Positions 1 to 28,523 of a DNA stretch of 64,000 nt are shown here, piece by piece. Below the pieces are notes generated by a model, which was not told where the DNA came from, did no database searches, and worked only from the letters and a program-made list of their open reading frames with translations. Each line of letters starts with the position of its first letter. Positions within the stretch are counted from its first letter, which is position 1. The stretch comes from Macrostomum hystrix. Lineage: Eukaryota > Animalia > Platyhelminthes. A program made the translations under genes and the position numbers. Where the stretch lies: positions 30,070,001-30,134,000 of the forward strand of contig CATNEN010000038.1 of NCBI GenBank assembly GCA_950097015.1. Direction: 5' to 3'.

Positions 1-3000
1 ACGAGCAGCTCGTGTATCTGCCGCAGCAGTTCGCGGGGCAGCCGCCGCAGACAGTTTCTAGACTACCCGGAGGCTACACCATCTTGGGACCGGCATTTGA
101 AGACTCTCCGGTGGTGCCAACTTTCTCCGCCCCATTAAGAAATAGTTCAATCATGATGGCAGGAGCTGCGTTAAATGGTGACCGCTTTGGTGGTAGTCGG
201 TGAGGAACTACCTTCCTTTCTACTTTACAATCGGTGTGTTTTCTATTGCGAGCCTACTAAGCTTGATACTCACAATCATTTCTAGACAAGACGTCACAGA
301 CAGCGCCGCAATTGCTGCGACCGCGGCTACGACAACCGCTGTAGTTGCCGACTGTCCCGAGTGTCCAAGACTGCGCCATCGAATAGGTCAGCTCGAGTCG
401 CAGGCCTCCTCACTGATGGAACAGCTGAGCGCTTCGCGGGCAGTCGTCGAGGCGTTGACGTCAGCTACAGCGACAGGCGCAGCTGGCGGTGTCGCTCGGG
501 TTGACAAGGCCCTCCTGGCGGAGAACCGAACCCTCCGAGCTCAACTGGAAGCTGCCTCAGCCATGGGCAACGATCTGGACGATGTGCGTCGCGAATTGCG
601 AGCAGCTGTTGCCGCATCTTCGCCAGCTGAAGCGGTGGAGCTGTCAGCTAGATCTCGACTGTTGGAGCAGCGTTGCGCTGAGCTGACTCAGAGCTGCGTT
701 GACCTCAGGTCAGTATGAAAAATGTCTTCATTACATTTTTGGGACTGATTATCGACAATTTTCGTTGTCTTTCATACAACAGGCACGCCAATCACCAGCT
801 GCAACTCAGTCTGGGCCGGGTGCGCGGCGTCCTGCCGGACCTCAGCGTTGCCGACATCGAGCTGCTCGAGCGTCGCTGGTGCGACCTGCCGACATCAATT
901 GGCGCGCAACTGGAAGACGGCGACATCCTGGCTGACCGGGTGCGCGACGAGGAGGGCGTCGCTGACGAGCACAGTGTAGTGCAGTGCCTCTGGTATCGGT
1001 ACCAGGTCACAAAGAGAAGTCTGGGCGCTCTGCAGCTGCGCCTGGCATCACTGGGTGTGTCCTCCGCCAACCAGCTGGCTCACCTGGACAGCCTGGCCGA
1101 CTCCGCCGCTGCTAATTCCGCAGAGGTGGAAAGACTTCGCGATCAGCTGGCCGTCAAGGACGATGCCCTGCGTGCCCTGGAGGTCAGCGGCGCCGGAGTT
1201 GGAACTTCGTCATCAGAAGCCAACTTGACACGAGTTTTGGCCAGCCTGGAGCGAATGGATCATCTGCGGCCAGTCATGGCGGCCGCTGCCGCTGCGTCGG
1301 TAACCACTGAACCCTCCGCCGAAGTTGGCGAGCTGCGCAACCAGCTGGAAGTTTATCGCGAGAAACTGCACATGCTGGCTGACGAGAAGGCCCGCTTAGA
1401 AGAGGCCTTGCAGGAGGCTAGCGGCCTAGAGGAAACAAAACGCGAACGCGACGGCATCGCTGCGAATTTCGATCGCGTCAATCGACGCTGGGAGGCCGAC
1501 AAGGAGCGGCTGGACCGCCTGACAGCCGAGCTGACCGCTGCGAGGGAGCAGGCTCACGAGCTCCGTGGCTTCGAGTTCAAGTTCCAAGCTGCCGACGAGG
1601 AGCGGCGAAGCCTCCGCGATCAGGTCCGCGCGCTGACTGATCAGCTGACGAACTCCGGCAGAGACGTTCGCGAGCAGCTCAGTGGCAGGTTAGTGATAAC
1701 CTTGACGTCCGGCTAAATGGTTCAGTGTACTTCATTTCTAGTGTACAAAGTAATATCAGTTCAGGGAATAAGTTTACGATCAAAATACTTCTTCCAATCA
1801 TTATTCAGAGAGGACGCTCTGCGATCGGCCATTAACGAACGTGACGCAGCCATTCGAGAGGCGACCGAGCTTCGCTCTCAGCTCGAAGCCGAACGCCAGC
1901 GTCAACAGTCCGAGCGTCAGCAGTCCGAATCGCGCGGTGCCGACCTGGCTGCTCTGCGCCGGGAGTTGGAGCTCAGCAGACGTGTGGCTGCCACCCAGGA
2001 GGCTGAGAAGGAGCGCCTGATGGACGAGCTCAAGCGACTAAGCGCCGCGGCAGGCAGCGGAGAGTCCACAGTGCGGGAGCTTCGCGAACGCTGTGGTCAG
2101 ACTGTGAATCATCTGCGCAGATCCCTGCAGCTTGTACCAATGCTCGATGATGAGACTGAAGATGACACAAGTTCGACAAGGTTAGACGAAACCGCTCGAC
2201 TAGAGCTGCAGAGAGCTCGGAAGGCGCTTGAGGAACTTGAACGAGCCGCTAGAGATGCTGAATGGTGCCTCAGTGACACGGCGTATGCTTCAGCTGATGC
2301 GAATGCTCGATCGATTAGCGCTACTGCAGCTGCTGGAAGTGGCACAAATGCGGCTCAAGCAGCGGCTCTGGAATCGGCGCGTGCCGCAGCGGCCGAACTG
2401 CGCGAGCGCCTGCGCGCTGAAGAGCGCCGACGCGCCGAAGAGGTTGGCCAGCTGCGCGAGACCGTTGGCGCCAGTGGCGCTCGCTTGCGCGCCGAGCGAA
2501 AGCGCGCCGAAGCGGCCAGCCGGGAGCTTGAAGCGACAGCCCACCGCCTCGAGGCGGCAACAGCGGAGGCTTCAGCTTTGCGCGCCTTTCGCGAACAGGC
2601 TGAACAGCTGCGCTCTGAGCTGCGCGATGTCGCCGCGCGGTTAGACGCTGCTCGGGAAGCTAATTCACAGCTTCAGGCCAGCTGCGCTTTGGCACAGGAG
2701 CGGCAGGCAACCGCCGAGGCGGGACTGCAGCAGCTGCGAGCAAAATGCGCCGAGCTGACTCGCGACAATGAGGAGCTCGGCCGGGTGTCCGCCGAAGGCG
2801 ACGATAAAGCTGGCGCTCTGGTGAACGTGATCGAGCGATTGAAGAACCGAGCGGACAAGCTTGCGCTTGACAATCGCGCCTTAGTTGGCGAGAAGCAGGC
2901 GTTGAAGGAATCGTTTCTTCAAGCTGAAGCAGACTGGCAGCTTGAGAGACAGTCGATGGTGACGCGCACTGAGGCACTGAAGTCCAAGTCTGACCAGTTG

Positions 3001-3678
3001 AAGCGAGAGCTTCGAGAGCGCGCCAAAGAAGCGAACGAAGTGGAGTCAATTCGACGTCAGCTGGAGCGAGCTGAGGCCGCTCTGGCCGATGCTGAGAAGT
3101 CGGCATCCGCTTCAAAGCGTCGAGTTGCCGAATTGGAGGCCTCTATTGGTGAGGCGCAACGCCGCCTGTCTCAACTGGACGAAGCAGAGGCAGCTCGTCG
3201 TGCCATGTCCAACGACGTCGAAGCTCTGCGCAGTCGCCTGGTGAGCACTGAGGCCAGCGTTAAAGAGCGCGAGGCGCGCTACAAGCAGCGCGAATCGCAG
3301 CTCACTGCCTCGCATCGCCAGCGAGTAGCTGAGCTGGACGCTCTGGTGAGTCAGGAGCGCTCCCAGTTGGCTGCTGTCAAGGCCAAAGCGGCTACCCTTG
3401 AGGACGAGGTCGAGTATCTTCGCGGTCAGCTTTCGCGCGCTAGAAAGCAACAGCAGCAGCAGCATCAGGGATCTGGGTTTAACGGCAGTGGAGGACTCAG
3501 CCACGCTGACCAGGTCGAGCAGCTGATTCTGCGCTCGCAGTCGAAGGCTCAGCAGCTGTTGGCTGGCAACCCGGATCTGGTGCGCTCGTTCACGCCCGAC
3601 AGTCACCTGCTGCTGAGATCCTCCGCCGCGCCATCGCCAACTGCTTCGTTTGTCAACAACCATCATCAGCTGGACTGA
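1..3678 (+). CDS. Long coiled-coil protein (myosin-tail/centrosomal-like), 5' truncated; exons <1-199, 286-708, 783-1688, 1809-3678
   Basis: Three short GT-AG introns (200-285, 709-782, 1689-1808), all phase 2, join ORFs 12, 200, 715 and 1717 in frame. Heptad-rich E/R/L/A sequence. AATAAA near 3848. Confidence 0.85.
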
Positions 3679-4663
3679 ATGATTTAGCGACACAATCTTT
3701 GATTTGTTTAACCGTTTTGGTGCGACTTATTAGATGTGGCAGCAAAGGTACGGCTGGAAATCTACTATTAGTTCACACAATTTTACTCTGGGACTAAAAT
3801 GAGACGTGGCAAAAGCTGAATCTGGTAGATCTAGCTGATTTAGTGTCAATAAAATTGTAAAGAAAGCAGTTTTTTATTTTCATTTTTGCAACTCTTTTTT
3901 GTTTTCTTCAGCTCAGAAATGTCGCGCTAGTCTCATCTTTGAATGTTTAACTTGCACATATAAAATGTTGTTTTTGCACAACTTATTTTCCGAACTTGTA
4001 ATTGCAAAACCAAATCAGCGCTCCTAAGTGATATTAATTTTCTAATTCATTATTGCATCCTGCTCGATTGCTGTCACTATTTAGAATTTTAGCACTTTTA
4101 CCTTAAACAGGTTATTCAAGTGATATTCTGATAACTTTTTATGAACGAAATAAATGCGTCAGTTTTCTTTTCTTAAAAAACTATTTACATTCGTTACACT
4201 ATTCTTGTCGTCTGTACTTTAATACGCGTTTGTACGCGATTAACGCGTTTGCCCCCTAGCGCAATGTCCCTGAGCTCAATTCCGCGCCTGATTGCAGCCA
4301 TTCGACAGTACCTTACTGATTAGATTTAAAACATTTCACGTTTTTAGCGGTTTGCTTGTATAGAGGTAATAATAATGATAATAGTTGCAGAAGAACTATA
4401 TTTACTAAATATACTAACTATAGTATCTGCGTCTACCTAACAAATTTGACGACTGATGCTAGCATAGCACGCCTGCTCATTTGTCTATGGCCAAACAATG
4501 CTCAGAACGTTAACCTTGGTTAAAAGCAGAGTTACGCAAGTATTGGTTTATGAATTAGATTTCCAGCTAAAGTTGAACAAGACGCCTAAAGGTGTTGGGC
4601 TGAACGGCGCAGGAAAGATCTTTAATTAAATAAACAAACTCTTAAGTTTTTTAAAGAGCGAGC

Positions 4664-6115
4664 ATGGAAGCTACCGAAGGCATCCCTCTGGAAAAGTTGG
4701 TCAGCGAATCTCGAGGTCAGAGCCGACTGCTAGATCATCCCAGGCCGCAGTATCTCTACTATAAAAATGTGGACCGTAAGCTCAAACAAGATATACACCG
4801 ACTGCCGTGCGTTGTTCGCGGCTGCGAGGAGCTGTGCAAATTCCTGCACCCAGTCTGTCATTATCACGCGCGCACCGCGTTTCACGTCGACCTGAAGGAG
4901 TCGACCATTCCCGGGGCCGGCTTGGGCGTATTTATCTACAAATCGGTTCGAGCCGAAACTCACCTTATGGACTACACAGGTATTCTACGGCGAAACGACG
5001 AGTTGCAAGCCTCCTACGACGAAACTGACTCAAGAAGCTACTATAAGATCAGTGTGGACGGTGAAAATTCTATGGACGGTCGCAGCACCATCTGCGGCCT
5101 CGGGCGCTACGTCAATCATCATCCTGATTCTAAGCACGTCAATGTGTACTTTCAGTACAACCCAGAGTTGTTGCACTACCGCATTGTGGCCAGCAAGGAC
5201 ATCATTGTCCCAGCCGGTGGCGAGGTGGAATTGTTTGTCGACTATGGCGAGAACTACTGGAACGACGTGCAGCCAAGCAAGCCGCCATCTCACTCAGGTA
5301 ACTCAGCTACGGATGATGACGAGGCCGAGCCGTTTATCGAGCCGCAGGACTGGCCGGTGTTTCCTGCGTATCGCACCATTGTACACGATCCGAATTTCCC
5401 AGTGTGTCCTGACTTCCATGTGGACCAGCTGTTAGAGATGTGCTCTCAGCATCGCATTTTATTCCCGACGCCGTGTCCCCAGCTGATGGATCCAGACTTC
5501 ATGGACCTGCGCAAGCGTCAGACAGTCGCCGAGATGGAGTGCGTCGTACGCGGCTGCAATCGTATTTGCACCTTCACGCATCCAATTTGCCGCAATCATT
5601 TGGCAGCCTTTCACATTCAGGTAAAGACGTCAACAGTTCCAGAAGCTGGTAAGGGTGTCTACCTGACCTCGTCTGTTCGCGAGAACACTATCCTCATGTC
5701 CTTTACTGGCTGTTTCCGAGATCGTCAAAAAGTTTATCGTCGCTACAGTAAATGCGGTGGCTCTTATTACTACGTGTTTGAAGGCTGCGAAAACTTGTGC
5801 ATCGACTCGCGCAGCACCCTCGGCGGCATCGCTCGCTTCATTAATCACCACCCCAATCCAGACGAAGTCAATGTAGAACTCGTAGCCGAGAAGGGCGAAA
5901 CGTCGTTCTACGTCCAGACCACCAAGGACATCCTGGTGCCGCGCGGCGGCTCGGTGGAGCTATTCCTGGACTACGGCAAGAAGTACTGGACTCCAGAACG
6001 CAACTGCCGCTGGCCCGAGCCAGGGCTTGAGAATATTCCGGCCGCAAACTTGTCAACCGCCGAGTCTTTCGTTGACGATTTTCCCTGCGTACCAGCCTAC
6101 GAGTCCATCACCTGA
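4664..6115 (+). CDS. Intronless tandem SET-domain protein (two Cys/His-cluster + SET units), putative lysine methyltransferase
   Basis: SET motifs occur twice: STIPGAGLGVF / STVPEAGKGVY, GRYVNH / ARFINH, ELFVDYGENYW / ELFLDYGKKYW. Each unit is preceded by CVVRGCxxxCxFxHPxCxxH. AATAAA near 6271. Confidence 0.9.
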   Translation: MEATEGIPLEKLVSESRGQSRLLDHPRPQYLYYKNVDRKLKQDIHRLPCVVRGCEELCKFLHPVCHYHARTAFHVDLKESTIPGAGLGVFIYKSVRAETHLMDYTGILRRNDELQASYDETDSRSYYKISVDGENSMDGRSTICGLGRYVNHHPDSKHVNVYFQYNPELLHYRIVASKDIIVPAGGEVELFVDYGENYWNDVQPSKPPSHSGNSATDDDEAEPFIEPQDWPVFPAYRTIVHDPNFPVCPDFHVDQLLEMCSQHRILFPTPCPQLMDPDFMDLRKRQTVAEMECVVRGCNRICTFTHPICRNHLAAFHIQVKTSTVPEAGKGVYLTSSVRENTILMSFTGCFRDRQKVYRRYSKCGGSYYYVFEGCENLCIDSRSTLGGIARFINHHPNPDEVNVELVAEKGETSFYVQTTKDILVPRGGSVELFLDYGKKYWTPERNCRWPEPGLENIPAANLSTAESFVDDFPCVPAYESIT

Positions 6116-6382
6116 TTAGCTGGACCTGCTAATTAGCCTAGTCCAGCAGCGATTTATGTTTTTTATTGTGAGGAAGTTTGCGCTTATTTTTCTAACTCGG
6201 ATCGACAAGCACAGACCAATAAGTTGAGATTTTAAAAAAATCTGCAATCTTATGTCACAAGTGCAGCTAGAAATAAATAAACAAAATGAAATACGAAAGA
6301 TACGAATGCGCGTCATTTCGAAGTTGCTTTTTTTAACTATGTCAAAGTTGTTTTTTCTGTGCAGTCTTTCTTGCAGGGATAA

Positions 6383-6730
6383 GGGGGTCGGTGGCAGAGC
6401 GGTTAACGCGTTTGCCCTGAGTTCGATTCCACAGCGAGGCCACATTTATTTGGGGCGCAGCCGCGGAGAGAAGGCTTGGGGGCTTGTCGTGCAATTTACG
6501 CCTTTGAGGGCCAACCTCCAAGGCACAGTGAAATGTACACTGCCTGACGATGAAAAAGTCAGGGCAGATGTACACACCTGTGTAAGCGTATGCCTGCGTA
6601 CAGAATCTGTGTGCGTGTGTGCTCAGGAGTCAGCGAAATAGGCAGAATTGCCTCCTCGCTGGTTGCGGGTCTAGTGTCATCAAATGATGTGCCATTGCCC
6701 GCAGCCCTGGTGCAATTATTATTAATGTTA
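6383..6730 (+). mobile_element. tRNA-derived SINE, family 1
   Basis: A box TGGCAGAGCGG, B box GTTCGATTCC and (TTA)n tail. Near-identical to the copy at 51322-51684. Confidence 0.85.
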
Positions 6731-7126
6731 TTCTTGTTGGGATGAATACTTACTATTGCCACGAAGCTACAACTTTCTACGCGTAATGATGGACAGGAGA
6801 CTTAGCGAATCTCGGAAAATCTAATCTGACCAACGTGGCTTATTGAGGCCTATTTAATTATTGGTTGGTTGTTTGGTATGCACATCAATTTGTGTCTATT
6901 TCTTGGGCGGTTTATTTATTGATAAGTCGATAGATACTAATAAACTTAATTAAAAAATCAGGTGCGCTTTCTCAAGACTATCGCTATATTTATCCCAGAA
7001 AATAAAAATAAATCAGAAAAAAGTCAGAATTTTGTTAAAATTACGCAAAACATAGTCTCATTTTCGGGACGTATATTTGTGATTTTATTCCGAAAGAATC
7101 AGGAAGCTGGTGGCTATTAGTGAATA

Positions 7127-7173
7127 TCAGCTGGGACATCAGCTGGGACATCAGCTGGGACATCAGCTGGGAC
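7127..7173. repeat. 12-bp tandem repeat (ATCAGCTGGGAC) x4
   Basis: Direct inspection. Confidence 0.9.
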
Positions 7174-7486
7174 AGTGTGCTACCATGACTTTCATTTCCT
7201 ATTGGGGAAAAACATTTTTAAATAATATTATAAATTCGCTAACAAAGATCTGTGCAAAGTAACAAAGACGCAGATTTTGACTAGTATGCGCGGGCTGCGG
7301 GGGTGGGCTGCGTGGCGGGGGGGTTTTTATGCTCCGAGGTTGGCTCTCTGGCCTCGCTGTCGCTTGGCAATTGAAAATTTTTTTTGTTTCCTGCTTTTCT
7401 AGTAATCCTGCTTTAAACCGATTTAACAGTTGTCAATATTGCTTGAATATTTTCTTTTAATCGGACTGAAATATACTCGGGGGGGG

Positions 7487-7906
7487 CCCTGTAAAAAATT
7501 CGGCTGCTTCTTCGGCGGGTTTTTTGTGCAAAAGAGGAGTGGAATCTACCAAAATCCCCCCTATCTCGCAAGAGTTAAAGAAACCACCCAGGAAGCAGCC
7601 GATGTAACCGTAAATTGTGCGGAAACCGCCGAAGAATCACCCGAACCAGTGGCCCATGGGACAACCAGAGAATTATTTACGGGCGATTCCTCGGCGGTTT
7701 CTGAGCATGGAATCTTCCGAACTGGAGGATTCTTTGGGTGATTCCATTTCGCCACCAAGAAGCACCGAGAAAACGCCCAGTTGGGTAGATTCTAAGCATG
7801 GAATCATCCGATTGGTATGTTTCCAGCGTTCGGCTGTTTCTTTTTCTGGAAACACCGCAGATTCCAACTGGAATCACCCAAAGAAACATCCCTATTTTTA
7901 GCGGGG
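7487..7906. mobile_element. Possible MITE/foldback element
   Basis: Imperfect terminal inverted repeats (CCCTGTAAAAAATTCGGCTGCTTCTT vs reverse complement CCCCGCTAAAAATAGGGATGTTTCTT). Internal inverted pair CTTTGGGTGATTCC / GGAATCACCCAAAG. Confidence 0.45.
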
Positions 7907-8340
7907 AGTGCTTTGCAGCCTTTGCTACAACAGCAGTGGCTAGCTACTAAAAGGAGGGTTGCTGCTGAGTAATCTAAACAGATTTAGTTGCAGAACTTCT
8001 GGATTTACTGTTTTACGAAAGTGTAAAATTTGAGAAAAAAATTATAAATAATGAATTGCAAAAAAATTCACAGCTACGAGCTACAAAGGTTTAAAAATTG
8101 CGTTTTAAGTTTAAGGTGTAACAAAATATTTTCAGGAATGCACTTTAGCAGGGCTAAAGCCTAAGAAGTTGTTTTGAACGAAATGAAATGCAAGAAAAGG
8201 GAGCTTCTAATGACCTCAATATGTACCAGCTATGAAAATGACGACCTTAACAGATTTTTCTATCATCAATTCAAGAAATTGAATTAAGCCTAATGAAGTT
8301 TAAAAATAATATTCTGTAAGTGATTGATTGGACGTACATC

Positions 8341-9212
8341 ATGATGAGATGGGTCAGGCATTGAAGGATTGTAAATGATGAGATGGGTCAGGCATTGAAG
8401 GATTGCAAATGATGAGATGGGTCAGGCATGGAAGGATTGTAATGATGAGATGGGTCAGGCATTGAAGTATTGTAAATGATGAGATGGGTCAGACATTCAA
8501 GGATTGTAATGATAAGATGGGTCAGGCATTGAAGGATTGCAAATGATAAGATGGGTCAGGCATTGAAGGATTGCAAATGATAAGATGGGTCAGGCATTGA
8601 AGGATTGCAAATGATAAGATGGGTCAGGCATTGAAGGATTGCAAATGATGAGATGGGTCAGGCATTGAAGGATTGCAAATGATGAGATGGGTCAGGCATG
8701 GAAGGATTGTAAATGATGAGATGGGTCAGGCATTGAAGGATTGCAAATGATGAGATGGGTCAGGCATTGAAGGATTGCAAATGATAAGATGGGTCAGGCA
8801 TTGAAGGATTGCAAATGATGAGATGGGTCAGGCATTGAAGGATTGCAAATGATAAGATAGGTCAGGCATTGAAGGATTGTAAATGATAAGATGGGTCAGG
8901 CATTGAAGGATTGTAAATGATAAGATGGGTCAGGCATTGAAGGATTGCAAATGATAAGATAGGTCAGGCATTGAAGGATTGTAAATGATAAGATGGGTCA
9001 GGCATTGAAGGATTGCAAATGATAAGATAGGTCAGGCATTGAAGGATTGTAATGATAAGATGGGTCAGGCATTGAAGGATTGTAATGATGAGATGGGTCA
9101 GGCATTGAAGGATTGTAATGATAAGATGGGTCAGGCATTGAAGGATTGTAATGATAAGATGGGTCAGGCATTGAAGGATTGTAATGATAAGATGGGTCAG
9201 GCATTGAAGGAT
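8341..9212. repeat. 33-34-bp minisatellite (ATGATAAGATGGGTCAGGCATTGAAGGATTGCAA)
   Basis: About 25 head-to-tail copies with no unique spacers. Confidence 0.95.
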
Positions 9213-10034
9213 TTTTAGGGCCGTTTTAAACAAGCTAGAGAGAATGTGTAAGTAACGGTATTAAAAAACGATAATGCGCTAAAAAACGGAAAGTAAGTTT
9301 CTGCTCCTTACTAAAATTTTTCAAAGCATAGAACACTGGGTTGAGATAAAGGAGTGCAAAATTTACCTTTAAGTATAAGGAAAAGTGGCGCAAATTATTT
9401 TGGACTAGTGCAACAACAAATAGAAAAAAGTAATATACTGGAAAAATATGTAGAAAAGGCACAATATGACAAGGACGCTATCAGCATTATTAGAAGGATC
9501 TTTCGATGCTAAAACGGTTTTTAATGTTGCATAAAATCGGGTACAGTAAGTAGTACTTAAAGTAAATAGACGCGGATTTTAACTTAATTGTTGAAAGTTT
9601 TTTATGCGAAAATTTTTATCCTAAACTAAACAGATAAATTATGAAGCTACTGATGTGGACTCCAAAGGGTGAAAAATAGAGAAGGAAACGAAAGGCCGCA
9701 TCATACTACTCCGGGGGCTAAGTAGTAAATTCGCGCCATTGTCATTAACCGATTGCCATTTAACAGTAGAAAGAGCACGTAGAGTGTACCAAATACCCAC
9801 AATTTTCTGTTTACTGTATCTCCAAAACTTCAAAACAAATCTCCAATCTCCATTGAATCTCCAAGAAAACCCGCATCGTCACTTTTCTGCTCACAGAATT
9901 TCATCATGTAACCATTTCGACGATGTCTACTCGGACGGCTTTAAAAGTTAGTTAATTGTTAAGGGCGTCATTCAGTTTGGGAGCTATGGTGAACTGGGCA
10001 GTGGGTATTTGAAATATCCCGTGGTCTTCTCCTG

Positions 10035-26830
<16,796 letters not shown>

Positions 26831-27174
26831 TTTCGAACCAGCCGTTCCAGCTGTGGTGCTTCGTTGACCGCTAGGCTGAAGTTTAAAAAATAGCAAATAT
26901 TATTAAGCTATTTATATATAACAAAAACCAGCAATACTGTTTTTTATATTTTTAAGTCCCGCTTTAGAGCTTTAGTTTGATAAGAGGTAAATTAAACATT
27001 TAAAAGAGTTTTTAATTAGCTTTTTTAAAACAGAATTGTTGCCATAGCTTTTATAGTAAATATGTACCCAGTATGTTTTTACTCAATACTTAATTGGCCA
27101 AAAATATTCATGTGCGCAGATGCTATCTATAAAATATTTTGTGCATAAAGTAACGAAAAATTCAATTTTAAGTG

Positions 27175-27189
27175 GTTACCAATAGCAAC
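27175..27189. promoter_or_regulatory. RFX X-box between the divergent ROCO and FAM186-like genes
   Basis: GTTACCAATAGCAAC fits the consensus GTNRCC-N(0-3)-RGYAAC. Confidence 0.5.
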
Positions 27190-28523
27190 TTAATTTTGCT
27201 TGTAAATGCAAACAGTTTCTTCGCATGTTTATGGACAAAGAAATACAGTTGATACGAATATGAGCCTATTTTATTATCTGATTTTTCTAATTAAATATTT
27301 TATGAATTCTTAAATAACAAATGAACAAAGTGAAATAAACTGGTACACTTAACAAAAAAACATACACAAACAAATGTACTTGAAAGCCTTAAAAGCCTTA
27401 AAAGCCTTTTGTTGATAAAGTGAATGGCACTTGAAGTATATAAATGCTCTGCTATAGCGGTTAAAAATGCGCTAATAGCTAAAAAACTTAAATGCTTTAA
27501 AAGGAGACAGTTAATAGGTTAAGCGAGCTTGACACTAGTGTCGTTGTATTTTGCTTATTTCTATTATCGTGACAAAAAGATTCAGAACATCGCATGTTAA
27601 AATTTTGTTTACAAATGATTAAGTAGTAAAACAAATCTTTATAACAAATTAGCTATCGTGTCTTTCATTTGCACTAAAGACTGTAACGGTCCTTGTATAA
27701 ATTGTACTTAAATAACAAAATATATCATGCAAGAATATATATATTTTAGTTTTTAATGGTCGCGTAGGATTAGTTTAATGCCGTTTTTTGGAGCCCTTTT
27801 AAGAGCTGATTGATTTCGTTGTTTTCATGCATAGACCCTATTATGACTCTCTGTATAGTATAAAATGACAATATTAACTCCCATTTAATATATTTACAAT
27901 GACTATATTCGTTCCTCAAGTAATATTATTTATTTTGCTATATTTTTAGACTTTCTGCCTGATTTCACTTGGATTTTTCACTTCGTACGTGAACTAGTAT
28001 AAAAATATCAATAAGTCTTTCCTAGATTTCTTATCGATTTAAATATTTAGTTTATATAATTTTTCTAGTGAAGTTTTTAGTGATGGAACTCGGAATTTGA
28101 CTTTTTAACCATCAATAGGGCTGTAAAAGAGACTTGTGGTGTACTGTGTAATTTACCTGTAATTGTTATTTACTTATTTATAAATGGAAATATATAGTAA
28201 TGAAATATTTGTGCATTTTTATTTTTTAACGTTTTGTTTCAGCATTTAAAGGAATATATGTAACTAACAAATATTATGTTAAGTGCAAAAGGCTGAATTT
28301 TGTTTTTTTGTATTTGAAAATTTTCTTTTTTGTCTATTAAGCTTATTACTATAAAAATATAGTTAGCAAATTTTAAATTTATCTCCTTTTTTCAGACCAT
28401 CAATTGACTTCACAAAAGAGGATTTTGAGAATATTGTAATTCAACAAAAATAAACCAGTGTTTTGTTCTTCAATCGGCATGCAACATTGTCCTAGAAACT
28501 ATTGGTTAATCAAAGCTGCCTAA

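Noticed and set aside
12-3678. Four abutting ORFs resembling a bacterial operon
   Set aside because: They are exons of one gene joined by phase-consistent GT-AG introns.
6383-6435. tRNA-like A/B boxes here and at 14825, 22315, 51322 and 61260 as tRNA genes
   Set aside because: No complete cloverleaf. Several continue into SINE bodies with tails and TSDs, and the others are isolated head fragments.
8341-9212. 33-34-bp repeats (also 30290-30710 and 52975-53360) as CRISPR arrays
   Set aside because: Head-to-tail units with no unique spacers, no cas genes, and a eukaryotic context.
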